Source: an uncultured delta proteobacterium
GTDB lineage: Bacteria > Desulfobacterota > Binatia > UBA9968
Length of the DNA stretch: 64,000 bases
Direction: 5' to 3'
NCBI GenBank assembly: GCA_963816145.1
Contig: CAWFJP010000002.1
Location: 160,001 to 224,000 of the forward strand
Part shown: in pieces, positions 28,067 through 38,500 of the stretch
How the letters are laid out: every line of letters begins with the position of its first letter
Numbering within the stretch: the first letter of the stretch is position 1
Notes under the pieces: generated by a model
The model's input: only the letters and a program-made list of their open reading frames with translations
Database searches by the model: none
Told to the model about the DNA's origin: nothing
Translations under genes and position numbers: made by a program

Positions 28067-28903
28067 ATGAGCCAAGTCCTCATTCAGCAATATCTCAACC
28101 AGCTCCAGGACCTGAAAAAGGTCTCCGGTACGCATCGCGAGTCGGTGGTCCGCGAGGCTTTCAAGGATCTGCTCAAGGGTTGGGCACGCTCCCGCGACCT
28201 GATCTTCGTTCCCGAATACGAGATCGCCACTCCCGCCAAAGACCGGCGTTACGTTGACGGCGCGCTGGTGAATCAGCTGCGCGTGCCGTTCGGCTATTGG
28301 GAGGCCAAGGAGGAAAAGGACGACCTCGACGCCGAGATCGACTACAAGTTGCGCCGCGGCTATCCGCAGGACAACATTATTTTCGAGGACTCCACCCGAG
28401 CGGTTTTGGTTCAGGAGAAAGAGGAGGTCTACCGTTGCGCCGTCGATGAAGTCAAAGACCTGGAAAAGTTACTCAATCTGTTCTTCGACTACGAGCGCAC
28501 CGAGATCACCGAGTTCCGCAAGGCGGTCGAGCAGTTCAAGAATGACCTGCCGGTGGTGTTGGAAGCGCTGCGTTCGATGATCGAGCGCGCGCACCAGCGC
28601 GAGCCGGAGTTTAGAAAAGCGGCGGAAGAGTTTCTCAAGCACGCCCAGGAAGCGATCAATCCGAGCCTGACCGAAGCGGACGTGCGCGAGATGTTGATCC
28701 AGCACATCCTCACCGAGGACGTTTTCGCCGCCGTCTTCCCCGGCACGCCATTCCACCAGGATAACAACGTCGCCCGCGAGCTGTACAAGCTGGAGGCGAA
28801 TTTCTTCAAAGGCGACACCAAATTCCAGACGCTCAAAGGCATGGCGCCCTACTACGCCGCCATCCGCTCCGCCGCCGCGCAGATCGGCACGCACCACGAG
28901 AAG
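28067..28903 (+). pseudogene. Truncated restriction-modification enzyme (type IIG/ISP-like, N6-methylase family), N-terminal part only
   Basis: PD-(D/E)xK-like VDG...WEAK, GYPQDNIIFED, REMLIQHILT; recognisable similarity ends at HHEK and the frame runs on into repeat DNA; no methyltransferase motifs. Confidence 0.7.
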
Positions 28904-28937
28904 CACCATCTTCGCGCGCGCTGCAATGCCAAAGAAA

Positions 28938-28991
28938 TCCTGGATTCCGGCCCCGGATCAGGTCCGGGGCAGGCTCTACGCCGGAATGACG
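28938..28991. repeat. REP-like palindrome
   Basis: ctggattccggc...gccggaatgac with nested ccccggatcaggtccgggg. Confidence 0.65.
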
Positions 28992-29181
28992 ACAGTGAAG
29001 AGTTGACTTCTAGTCGACGAATTCAGGAGCCCTGCGCTTTAAGCCCAGGGTCGTTCAGTTTGCCGCACCGAGGTTTTAGCACTGCGCAGATTCGCCGGAG
29101 TTCCAACAAAATTTCCGCCGCCCTCTTGAAGATTGCTGTCATGCGGGAAATATTCAAGGCTAATCAATTTTCGGAGGCATC

Positions 29182-30063
29182 ATGGGTAATTCACAACCCG
29201 GTATTCTGGCGCCGTGCCCGAAGCTGGCGCGCTATCTGAGTTTTTCGCTTGAGGCGGGGGCGAAGCCTGGACGGGCGCTCAAGGCGTTGGTCGAACTTGC
29301 CGATGGCGATTCTGTCGTGGTCGGTTTTGGTCAGCCTTTGGTGCGTGTTCTCGGCGGGGAAATCCCCGGGCTCCGGGTATTCCCAACGCAATTCGGTTCG
29401 GGCTTGATTCTGCCGTCATCTTCGGCGGCGTTGTGGTGCTGGCTGCGCGGCGATGATCGCGGCAAGCTGCTCCACTCCGGGCGGAAAATCATCGCCGCGG
29501 TTTCGAGCGCTTATGCGCTCGACTCGGTGATCGACGGTTTTCAGTTTGACAATGGCCGCGATCTTACCGGATTTGTCGATGGCACCGAGAATCCCAAAGG
29601 CAAGAAAGCATCTGTCGCGGCGATCGTGCGCGGCGCAGGGGCTGGGCTCGACGGATCGAGCTTCGTTGCGGTGCAGCAGTGGATTCACGATTTTCAGCGT
29701 TTCGAGGCGATGTCGGCCAAAGACCAGGACAACGCCGTCGGCCGGCGCCGCAGCGATAATAAAGAACTGTCCGGCGCGCCGCGCTCGGCGCATGTCAAAC
29801 GCACCGCGCAGGAAAGCTTTTCTCCAGAGGCTTTTATTTTGCGGCGGTCGATGCCGTGGACCGATGGCGCCGCCGGCGGTTTGAACTTCGTCGCGTTCGG
29901 CAAATCGTTCGATGCTTTCGAAGCCCAGCTCAAGAGGATGGTTGGCGCCGACGACGGCATCACCGATGCGCTGTTCAAGTTCACCCGGCCGCTGACCGGC
30001 AGTTATTTCTGGTGCCCGCCCATGGCCAAGGGACGATTGGATTTGCGCGCCTTGGGTTTCTAG
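29182..30063 (+). CDS. DyP-type peroxidase (YfeX-like)
   Basis: DLTGFVDGTENP (GXXDG), QQWIHD, AHVKR, ILRRSMPW, YFWCPP. Confidence 0.9.
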   Translation: MGNSQPGILAPCPKLARYLSFSLEAGAKPGRALKALVELADGDSVVVGFGQPLVRVLGGEIPGLRVFPTQFGSGLILPSSSAALWCWLRGDDRGKLLHSGRKIIAAVSSAYALDSVIDGFQFDNGRDLTGFVDGTENPKGKKASVAAIVRGAGAGLDGSSFVAVQQWIHDFQRFEAMSAKDQDNAVGRRRSDNKELSGAPRSAHVKRTAQESFSPEAFILRRSMPWTDGAAGGLNFVAFGKSFDAFEAQLKRMVGADDGITDALFKFTRPLTGSYFWCPPMAKGRLDLRALGF

Positions 30064-30119
30064 TGGAGTGGAGGTTTGAAGTTGGTGGATATGTAGCGAC
30101 AATCCTTCCCGCCGAACCG

Positions 30120-31294
30120 TTACGTGGACAAGCCGTAGAGCTTCGCCGCGTTGTCCCGGCCGAGTTTCCGTTTGATCTTCGGCTCGATGCCTGCGCAGTT
30201 GCGGTCAACCGCATCTTTCGAGTAGGGCCAGGTGGTCACGCCATGGGGGTAGTCGCTGGCCCAGAGAAAGTTATCCTCGCCGTAGACCGGCGTCGTGAGC
30301 ACGCCGGCGCGGTCGTCTTGGTAGGTGAAGAAAATATTACTCTTAAAATACTCGCTGGGCGGCCGTTGGTTCATGTTGCGGTCGGCGTCGAATGTGCTGG
30401 CGCGGCCAAACCAGTAGTCGACTTGCTGGACCATGTTGGCAACCCAGCCGACATCGAACTCGGCGCAGACAACTTTTAGCTTCGGATGGCGATCGAAGTT
30501 CCCCGATAAAATCATGTTGCCGATAAATTGCTGGGCCGGAACCTGTTTTCGGGCGAAGCCGATCGGCTCTTTGACCGGATCTTCCTGCCGGGGCCCTTCA
30601 TAGTGGGTGCGTGCAACACCCTGGGTGACGCTGGTATGGACGTTGACAATCATGCCGGTTTCTTCGAACGCCTGCCACATCGGCTCGTATTTAGACTCGT
30701 AATAGCCGCTGTCTTTGATCCGTGTCGGAATCTGTGCGCCGCGAAAACCCAGTTTGGCGTAGTGGTAAATATCCGCCACGGTATGTTCCATGTCCAAGAT
30801 CGGGATCAGCGCGAGACCGAGCAGCCGCGTGGGATTGTAGCTGCAGAATTCGTGCAACCAACTGTTGTAGGAATGGAATATCGCGCGCTGGAACGGTTCG
30901 TCGACGATGCTGTAGAGCTGACGCACGGCGCTGGAAAATAACACTTCGGCTTCGACGCCGTCGGTGTCCTGATCGTTGCAAGCCGCGCCCTGGGCTCCCA
31001 GCCGCCGCGATAATCCTCGTAGCGAAAGGTTTCGTTGAAGCGAATCGTCTCGAAGTGTTTTTCCTGATCGACCTCGCTGATGCCGCGGTTCTTGCCGACG
31101 GCTAGTCCTTTCGAATAGTGCGACAAGCCCACCGGCGGCAGACCTTCGATGATCAGCCAGATGCCCTTGGGCACGCCGGCTGGGTCGCGGACGACTTTCG
31201 GCGCGCGATCGCCGTATTCTTTCTGCACCCGTTCCCATGCGGCCGGCGGTTCGTTGACGTGACTATCGGCGGAGATCAATTTAAAATCTGGCAT
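30120..31294 (-). CDS. Amidohydrolase_2 family protein with one frameshift near 30975
   Basis: N-terminal ISADSHVNEP in one frame continues as DQDTDGVEAEVLF, NVHT, WASDYPH in another. Confidence 0.8.
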
Positions 31295-31311
31295 GCCTCA
31301 CCCCCAAGGGT

Positions 31312-32682
31312 TTATTCAATGCTAATGATGGCGTGTCCCGTTCGCTGCTGCACCAAGGTCCCGAACGGCGCCGAGACGCGCGCAACCCGATCCAAGATGC
31401 TCTTCCCCAGTTCGCCCTCGGCGAGCATGGGCCGGCCGCGCTGGGCGCGCGGTTGGCCGAAGCCCATGTCGACAGGATAAAGTTCGATTTGTTTCAGTTC
31501 TCGCTTGTCGAAACGGCATAGCGCAGCCACCGATTGCCAAAATTCCGCCGACGCTGGGTGGCCTTTGGTGCCGTTACCGGTGCGATGATCGAAGAAGTCC
31601 GCCGGCGTCGCGCGATTATCGAGACCGAAGCGGTCGAAGGGATAAGCGGGCACATGATTCAATGTCTCGTTCTGCATCATGAGGTTGCCCAAGCTGTAGA
31701 AGATCGGTTTGCCGCGGTAGATCTCGATGCCCATCAAGAGATGGGGCCCGTGGCATGCGAAGACATCGGCGCCGGCTTCGATGCAGCGATGGGCGAAGTC
31801 GTGGACGAAATCTGGTTGCTCGGTGACTTCGGTGCGCTTTTTTGCGGTGAGCCAGCTGCGGCCGATCAATTCTTGGCTATGCAAGCTGACGATTACCCAG
31901 TCAGCTTGGCGGCGCGCTTCGCGAATCTGGCGCAAATTCTCTTCGACGTCGTTTTCATCGCAGGCGGTGCGGATGTCGAAAGTTTCGCCGAGCAGGTAGC
32001 GGTCGCCGCGGTATTTATATTCGGTTTGCGTCGCTGCGCCGATTTGCGCGTCGGAGTGAAAGCCGTGGTCTATCACCCGTTGGCGCTGGTCGTCGAAGCC
32101 GAGGGAGATGCCGAGCCGTTGCAATGCTTGAAACGATGCCTTATCGACGACGAAAGTCGTTTCGAAGCCGAGTGCGTTGACGCCGGGTTTGCCGCGAAAA
32201 TCGACGCGTTGATTGGCGGCGCGATTTTGCTCGGACGGCAAATGGGCACTGGCGGCGATGAGCGCTATGCGGCCATTGGGCGTGTCTAAATAAGCCGGAC
32301 TGCTGGCTTGGCGCAAATTCTCTCCCGTACCAGCGTGAGCGATTCCCGCGGCGTCGAGATACCGGTTCTGCAGTCGCAAACCTTGTTCGCCGAAGTTAAG
32401 CGAGTGGCTGTTGGCGCAGCTCAGCAGGTTAAATCCAAACCACTTCAAGTCTTCGAGGAGCTTAGGTTCGGTGACCATATGGGTGCCGGTGCGGATCGCC
32501 GGCGTGCCTTCGCCGTAGCGCACGACCATGCTTTCGAGATTGGCGAAGCAGGCGTCGGCGCTGCGCAGAATTTCGCGCAGGGCGAGAAACTCCGGCTCGC
32601 GATAAACCGCCAATCGCCGCGACGGCATGATGTCGCCACAGATCGCTAAGGAGGCTTGTCCCTGTTCAGCTGTGTAAAGCAT
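31312..32682 (-). CDS. CapA/PGA_cap family metallophosphatase-like protein
   Basis: GDIM, FANLE, ANSHSLNFG, VSLHSQE, CHGPH, FYSLGN. Confidence 0.85.
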   Translation of the reverse strand: MLYTAEQGQASLAICGDIMPSRRLAVYREPEFLALREILRSADACFANLESMVVRYGEGTPAIRTGTHMVTEPKLLEDLKWFGFNLLSCANSHSLNFGEQGLRLQNRYLDAAGIAHAGTGENLRQASSPAYLDTPNGRIALIAASAHLPSEQNRAANQRVDFRGKPGVNALGFETTFVVDKASFQALQRLGISLGFDDQRQRVIDHGFHSDAQIGAATQTEYKYRGDRYLLGETFDIRTACDENDVEENLRQIREARRQADWVIVSLHSQELIGRSWLTAKKRTEVTEQPDFVHDFAHRCIEAGADVFACHGPHLLMGIEIYRGKPIFYSLGNLMMQNETLNHVPAYPFDRFGLDNRATPADFFDHRTGNGTKGHPASAEFWQSVAALCRFDKRELKQIELYPVDMGFGQPRAQRGRPMLAEGELGKSILDRVARVSAPFGTLVQQRTGHAIISIE

Positions 32683-32822
32683 TATGGAAAATTTCGTCTA
32701 CCGACGATAGGAGAGTCGGCGCCAGATTGTCAAGTTATCGATGGTTTCCCGGCGCGGAAACATTGACAAGGGGCTCTGCTCTAGCGTTATGCTGGATCCA
32801 AAGTGAGCTAGCGAAAGGATTG

Positions 32823-33860
32823 ATGATGCAATCGTGGGCCAGACTCTTACTTTTGTTGATTGCGGTTGGCTTAATCGCCTATCCGATGAAGCCGCTCCAT
32901 GGCGCGGCCGCTGACCGGGAGAAGATCCTCGAAGGCGCGAAAAAAGAGGGCCGGTTGGTTTTATACACCGGTATGGAGACCGACGAGTCGAGTCTGTTTA
33001 CCAAAGAGTTTGCCAAGAAGTACCCCTTTATCAAGCCGGAAATTTTTCGTTCCAGCGGCGAGAAAGTTCAGGCGCGTTTCATGGTCGAATATCGCGCCAA
33101 CACGCACTTGGCCGATGTTTTTCAGACCAGCATCGTGCAAGTCTACCAGCTTAAGAATGCCGCCATGCTGGCACGCTATCTCTCCGCTGAAGCGCCGGCT
33201 TATGCCGATGGTTTCAAAGATGCGCAGGGCTATTGGACCGCGTTCTATCAAATCCCATACGTGATTGGTTACAACACCCATATGGTCTCGGCCAAAGATG
33301 CTCCGGCCAGTTATGAAGATCTACTCCAGCCAAAATGGAAGGGTTTGATCAGCCTGGAGACTGAAGAATATCAGTGGTTTTATCACGCCATGCAGCTGAT
33401 GGGGCGGGAAAAAGGTCTCGACTTCATGAAAAAGTTCGCCGCGCAGAATTTACAAATGCGCAAAGGCCACACGCTGCTGGCGCAGCTGGTTGCGGCGGGT
33501 GAGTCGGCGATCGCGACGGTGGTTTACTCCAATCGTGTCGAGCGCATGAAAGCGACCGGCGCGCCGATCGATTGGGTGCGCTTCAAAGGACCGACGATAA
33601 CTGCGATCAATGCGATTGCGATTCCCGACAAAGCGCCGCACCCGAATGCGGCGCGATTATTCATCGACTTTGTGCTGTCAATGGAAGGCCAAGGTTTACT
33701 GCGCGGGCTGCGGCGCATCCCCGCGCGCACGGAGGTGCCGCCCGATCCACCGAGTTTGACCCAAGGTTTAAAGCTTTACCCGGCGCGGCCCGAAGGCATG
33801 ATCGAAAACTACAACCAGACGGTGGCGCGCTTCGACGAGATATTTAACAAGACGAAGTGA
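32823..33860 (+). CDS. ABC transporter extracellular solute-binding protein (Fe/polyamine/thiamine-like)
   Basis: Signal peptide, AKKEGRLVLY, DLLQPKWKG, APHPNAARLFIDF. Confidence 0.85.
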   Translation: MMQSWARLLLLLIAVGLIAYPMKPLHGAAADREKILEGAKKEGRLVLYTGMETDESSLFTKEFAKKYPFIKPEIFRSSGEKVQARFMVEYRANTHLADVFQTSIVQVYQLKNAAMLARYLSAEAPAYADGFKDAQGYWTAFYQIPYVIGYNTHMVSAKDAPASYEDLLQPKWKGLISLETEEYQWFYHAMQLMGREKGLDFMKKFAAQNLQMRKGHTLLAQLVAAGESAIATVVYSNRVERMKATGAPIDWVRFKGPTITAINAIAIPDKAPHPNAARLFIDFVLSMEGQGLLRGLRRIPARTEVPPDPPSLTQGLKLYPARPEGMIENYNQTVARFDEIFNKTK

Positions 33861-33923
33861 ACATCCGCGCGATGAATACCATGCGGGTGCAGTTGCCCCC
33901 CCCTTTTGTGATTAGCCCGAATC

Positions 33924-36227
33924 TCAACCGCCACCAAACCCGCCCGCGTTTGGGAAGAACGGCAAGTTTTTTTGCCTTATACCTGTAAGCCGAAAGTAGG
34001 CGTTGGCCACCGCCGGTGCAATGGGCGGAACTCCCGGCTCGCCGACGCCGCCGACATACTGTTGTCCGCTCTCGACGATGACCACCTCAACCGTCGGCAT
34101 CTCGCTGGATTTCAGCATGCGTGCGGTGTTGAAATTTTTCTTGACCGCCTTGCCGGCGACAAATGTCTGCCCGCCCCACAGCGCGGCGTTAAGACCATGG
34201 ACGATGCCGCCTTGCATTTGTTGCTCGATGGAGCGCGGATTGATCGCCACGCCGCAGTCGATGGCGCAGGCGACCCGATGCACTTTGATCGAACCAGCGA
34301 CCGGCTGGGATATGTCGACAACCTCGCAGACCAGCGAACCATAGGCCTCGGCGTAGGCGATGCCCCAGGCATGGCCGGCGGGAAGCGAATTGCGCCAAAG
34401 GCTTAGATCGGCGGCGGCGTTGACGACGGCCAAGGCGCGCGCGGCTTTGGGATTCGTCGTGTTGGCGGCCAAGAGTTGCCGGCGCAGCTCAAGCGGATCG
34501 ATCTTGATTTTATCGGCGAGCTCATCGATGGCGCTTTCGAGCACGAAGGAATTGATCGAATGGCCCACCGAGCGCCAGTAACCCACCGGCACGCCCGCAG
34601 GATGCCAGACATGCTCGACCTGGCGCGCGAGAAAGCCGTAGTTCGATGCCGCCGCTCCTTCCACTGCTAGACTATCCGCTGTGGCAAGCGGCAACGTTGG
34701 GTCAGCCTGGCGCTGCTGGCGAATGCTCGGCGATACGGCGCGGTATTTCAAACTGACGGTGCCGTTGTTCATGCCGAGTTGGACCCGCACCAGCGACATC
34801 GGGCGGAACTGATCGTAAGTGAAATCCTCGTCGCGCGGCCACATGATCTTGACCGCTCCGGCTCCGGTCTTCTGATAAAGTTGTATAGCGGTCTGGATCG
34901 CTTCGCTGACGAAGTCGACCTCGAACTTCCGCCCCAATCCGCCACCCAAGAAAGTTGTGTGGACAATAATTTGATCCGCGTTGAGTGCCGGCAATAATCC
35001 TCTGGCAGCGGTCGCCACCGCCCCAGCGCTTTGCGTCGGCGCCCAGACCTCGCACTTGTTGCCGGTAAAATTGACCGTGCAGTTGAGCACTTCCATGCAG
35101 ACATGGGGAACATAGGGCAGGTAGTAGGTCGAGTCGGTCTTATTGATCGCGCTGGTGATCTCGCTATCGGCATTGCCGATACTTTCCGCGACTAACGGTT
35201 TGCCAGTCTGCATCAGCGACTGCGCCTGGTTGAGGATCACTTGGCTATCGATGCTTGCCGACGCGGTGGGAATGGCCCAATTGAGTTTCACGCTTTTAGC
35301 CGCTTGCATTGCGGCCCAGGTATTGTCCGCCAGCACGGCAACTGCATTCGTAGTTCCTCTGCTAATGATGCCCCGGGTGAGCTCCGCTTTCAGTGGGAAA
35401 ACATAGCGGGCGCCTGCCGCTGTCGTCGGTGTGCTGGCTAAGGTGCCGCCGAGGGTCGGGCAATGTTTGATGACCGCGTAGAGCATACCGGGAAGGCGGA
35501 CGTCGAGGCCGTAAATCGCCTTGCCGTTGGTTTTGAGCGGGATATCGACGCGTGGAATATCTTCACCGATGATGCGGAAATTGGCCGGGTCGGTCAAGGT
35601 CACGGTTGCCGGACAATAGCTGGTATTCGCGGCCACGCTGGCGAGTTCACCGAAGGTTTTGAAGGTTTGCGTGCCGTTGACGACGACCGTGCCGTCGACG
35701 GCACTGCACTGGCTCGCTGACACGCCCATGGCCTGCGCGCCGGCGTTGATCAACATCGCCCGCGCGGTAGCGCCAGCAGCGCGCAGCGCGCTGTAGCGGC
35801 CGCGGGTCGCGCTGCTGCCGCCGGTGAGATAGACGATCGATACCGGTTTTAACGTGCAGGGGTCGATGACGATGGGATACGAAACGCCTCTACCGCTCAC
35901 CGGATCGATCGACGCGTCGGACTGGATTACGTTAGTTTGATTCCATGCCGCTCCAAGTTCTTCGGTGACGATTTGCGCCAGGCCGGTCATGCTGCCCTGG
36001 CCGAATTCGCAGCCGCCGAACAGAATCGTGATGCGATTGTCCGTGCCGATGCGAATGTAGGCGTTAATTTGATATTCGCTCGCGGCATTGGCTTCGCCGA
36101 GCAAGCCGTTCTTGGTCATCTGGAAGCCAACGCAAAGCCCGCCGAAGCCACCGATCGTCGTGATCAAAAAATTGCGCCGCGTCCAACCTTTGTTGTTAGT
36201 GGTTTTTGCCGTTGGGTTGATTGACAT
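33924..36227 (-). CDS. Isoquinoline 1-oxidoreductase beta-type molybdopterin-binding subunit
   Basis: Start MSINPT at 36227; TRRNFL Tat-like signal; EFGQG, TGGS, GGGLGRK, WRSVG, QMQGG, GVGEPGVPP. Confidence 0.9.
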   Translation of the reverse strand: MSINPTAKTTNNKGWTRRNFLITTIGGFGGLCVGFQMTKNGLLGEANAASEYQINAYIRIGTDNRITILFGGCEFGQGSMTGLAQIVTEELGAAWNQTNVIQSDASIDPVSGRGVSYPIVIDPCTLKPVSIVYLTGGSSATRGRYSALRAAGATARAMLINAGAQAMGVSASQCSAVDGTVVVNGTQTFKTFGELASVAANTSYCPATVTLTDPANFRIIGEDIPRVDIPLKTNGKAIYGLDVRLPGMLYAVIKHCPTLGGTLASTPTTAAGARYVFPLKAELTRGIISRGTTNAVAVLADNTWAAMQAAKSVKLNWAIPTASASIDSQVILNQAQSLMQTGKPLVAESIGNADSEITSAINKTDSTYYLPYVPHVCMEVLNCTVNFTGNKCEVWAPTQSAGAVATAARGLLPALNADQIIVHTTFLGGGLGRKFEVDFVSEAIQTAIQLYQKTGAGAVKIMWPRDEDFTYDQFRPMSLVRVQLGMNNGTVSLKYRAVSPSIRQQRQADPTLPLATADSLAVEGAAASNYGFLARQVEHVWHPAGVPVGYWRSVGHSINSFVLESAIDELADKIKIDPLELRRQLLAANTTNPKAARALAVVNAAADLSLWRNSLPAGHAWGIAYAEAYGSLVCEVVDISQPVAGSIKVHRVACAIDCGVAINPRSIEQQMQGGIVHGLNAALWGGQTFVAGKAVKKNFNTARMLKSSEMPTVEVVIVESGQQYVGGVGEPGVPPIAPAVANAYFRLTGIRQKNLPFFPNAGGFGGG

Positions 36228-36238
36228 GGGGATGCTCC

Positions 36239-36664
36239 TTATTTCACGCTGCTGGCCGCTTCTTTGATGCGCTGGTAGGTGCCGCAAACGCAGAGATTGC
36301 CGATGGTGCCGAGCTTGTCTTCCTTCATACGCGCCGCATAGGCCATGATCTGTCCCGACTGGCAGTAGCCGCACTGAGGTACCTGATGTTCGACCCAGGC
36401 TTTTTGCAGAGGATGGTCGTTGTTCGCCGACAATCCTTCGATCGTGGTGATCTTGCGACCGACACCTTCGGTGATGTTCACCACGCAGGAATGCTTCTCT
36501 TCGCCATCGATCAAAATGGTGCAGGCGTAGCATTTTTCGATGCCGCAGCCGTATTTGGTGCCGGTAAGGCCGATGATGTCCCGGATCACCCATAACAGCG
36601 GCATGCTCTCGGGCACGTTGATGTTAGAGTAAGTCTTACCGTTGACGTTAAGCGAGTACGCCAT
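36239..36664 (-). CDS. (2Fe-2S)-binding small subunit (IorA/CoxS family)
   Basis: GTKYGCGIEKCYACT...SC, ITTIEGL, QCGYCQSG, NLCVCGTY; RBS GGAGG. Confidence 0.9.
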   Translation of the reverse strand: MAYSLNVNGKTYSNINVPESMPLLWVIRDIIGLTGTKYGCGIEKCYACTILIDGEEKHSCVVNITEGVGRKITTIEGLSANNDHPLQKAWVEHQVPQCGYCQSGQIMAYAARMKEDKLGTIGNLCVCGTYQRIKEAASSVK

Positions 36665-36740
36665 GTCGCCCTCCTGCTAAATGTTTGATTACCTTTCAAC
36701 GCTCGCGTGGTGGAGCGTCGAAAATGTTGCAGCGAGCAAG

Positions 36741-36757
36741 CGCAATCGCGATGCCAA
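36741..36757 (-). promoter_or_regulatory. Sigma-54 (-24/-12) promoter of the iorAB-like operon
   Basis: Minus strand TTGGCATCGCGATTGCG gives GG-N10-GC, about 75 nt upstream of the ATG, with an AT-rich region further upstream. Confidence 0.7.
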
Positions 36758-37197
36758 AAAAAAAGTCAGAGCAAAAAACTTTGGCAGGCAGAGGAAGATC
36801 GCGGTAAAAAATACCTAATCGCGACTATTTATGAAGCGAATTGATCGATTGCCAAGGCCGGTTAGACTTAACCGATTATCTCAAACGATTTCTCGCGGGG
36901 TGCTGCGAAGGAATAGTCAGACGGCTACTCCCAATCGGGTGTATCCTTTGCCAACCACTTTGGGAAAAATTGTAAACGATCCATTCCGTGGTGGTGTGAA
37001 ACAAGAAAAACTAGCAACGGACAAAATCGTGCGCACCTGTTCGCTGCCGGACCACGCGCAGTGCGGTCAATTCCAAGTATAATAGTTATAAAAAAGGTGG
37101 CCAAACCAAGAAGGCGAGACCGTGAATAATTGCAGTAAGAGTTTTCACCACGAAGAGCGCGAAGGACACGCAGGTGTCGGATATTTTAGATTCCGAA

Positions 37198-37415
37198 CTC
37201 CGTTGAAAATACCTATGACGGCATGTTCTGCGAAACGAATAGACCACCTCAGTTCTGTCATACCCGCGATAGCGGGTATCCAGGCTAATCCGGCGGTGAA
37301 TCACCCTGGATTCCCGCCTGCGCGGGAATGACAAATCGAGCAGAGGGCATATGGGGGGAGTCCCGCCAATTTCATAGTCTGTAGACGGGCGCAAGCTCAT
37401 GACGCACTTCGTGGT
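37198..37415 (-). repeat. Dispersed element of about 200 bp with an internal REP pair (copy B)
   Basis: Reverse complement matches 27038-27243; internal gtcatacccgcgatagcgggtatccag and ctggattcccgcctgcgcgggaatgac. Confidence 0.75.
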
Positions 37416-37434
37416 GGAGTTTTTTTGGCGATTT

Positions 37435-38460
37435 TTATTTTAGAATCTCTTTCAGCTTGGCGACCTGCGCCGGTTCGAGCTTAAACATTTCTTTGATGTT
37501 GGCTTCCAAGCCCGCGCCGTCGTCGGGGTTGATGTCGAGGTTGGCCTTCTTGGCTTCGGCGATCAACTCCGGATCTTTCCAGGTATCCATGAAGGCTTTG
37601 CGCAAAATTTGCACCCGGTCATCGGGGGTTCCCGGCGGCGCCATGAACGGACGAACCGTCGGGCTATTGGCGCGCAGGACTGTCGCCAGCAATTTTCTCG
37701 CTTCGTCGGTTTTCGCCAAATCATACGCGACCGGAATCTGTTTCAACTCCGGATGGGATTTGAGCGTCGCTTGGAGCACGACTCTCAACGTGCCCGAATC
37801 AAGCTCGTTGCGCCAGGTCGATTTGGTCGACTCCCAAGCGTTGCTGGTCGCTTGGACTTCGCCGTTATTGAAAGCCAGGCGCGTTTCCGCCGTGCCTTTG
37901 TAGCCGGCCACCACCTGCGCCGGTAGATTGATGGTTGCGGCCAAGATTTTCGGGATATCGTCGCTGCCGGCGCCGGGGCCGATGCCGCCGAATTTGACCA
38001 TCTGTTTCGAAGCGATCCAGGAATTGACATCGGTAATCCCGGTAGCCTTGTGCACGCCGATGATGAAGCTGTCCTGGGCCGGCACGCCGATGTATTTGAA
38101 CTTCAGGGCATCGAACTCGATGCCGGGCTTGCCGAGCAACTGCTGCAAGGCGATGCCGCCGAGATAATGGCCGATGGTCAGGCCGTCCGGTTTGGCGATC
38201 TTGTAGAGGTGATTGGCCGCGATGATGCTGCCGGCGCCGGTCATGTTTTCGACGACGACGGCGGGATTGCCGGGAATATGATTGCCCATATGGCGCGCCA
38301 GCGTGCGCGCGTAGAGATCGTAGCCGCCGCCGGCGGCGAGTCCGACGATAATGCGCACGGTTTTCCCCTGGTAGAAGTTGGCGGGATCGGCAGCGTTAAC
38401 CCTGCTGGCGAGAAGCGCCAGCGCAAACAGGACCAAACTCATCGGACGTATTGGTTTCAT
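37435..38460 (-). CDS. Tripartite tricarboxylate transporter solute-binding protein (Bug/TctC)
   Basis: FYQGKTVRIIVG..AGGGYD, VENMTGAGS, PDGLTIG, GYKGT. Confidence 0.9.
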   Translation of the reverse strand: MKPIRPMSLVLFALALLASRVNAADPANFYQGKTVRIIVGLAAGGGYDLYARTLARHMGNHIPGNPAVVVENMTGAGSIIAANHLYKIAKPDGLTIGHYLGGIALQQLLGKPGIEFDALKFKYIGVPAQDSFIIGVHKATGITDVNSWIASKQMVKFGGIGPGAGSDDIPKILAATINLPAQVVAGYKGTAETRLAFNNGEVQATSNAWESTKSTWRNELDSGTLRVVLQATLKSHPELKQIPVAYDLAKTDEARKLLATVLRANSPTVRPFMAPPGTPDDRVQILRKAFMDTWKDPELIAEAKKANLDINPDDGAGLEANIKEMFKLEPAQVAKLKEILK

Positions 38461-38500
38461 ATTTTCTTTCTACTTTCGTTGGCCGTTGTGAGATCGCGAC

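Noticed and set aside
30020-30063. DyP C-terminus GRLDLRALGF as an encapsulin cargo-loading peptide
   Set aside because: It does not match the GSLxIGSL-type consensus, has no flexible linker, and no encapsulin gene is adjacent
36228-36593. N-terminal extension of the 889-aa ORF
   Set aside because: Overlaps the 2Fe-2S gene in another frame; an RBS and a Tat-like leader support the start at 36227
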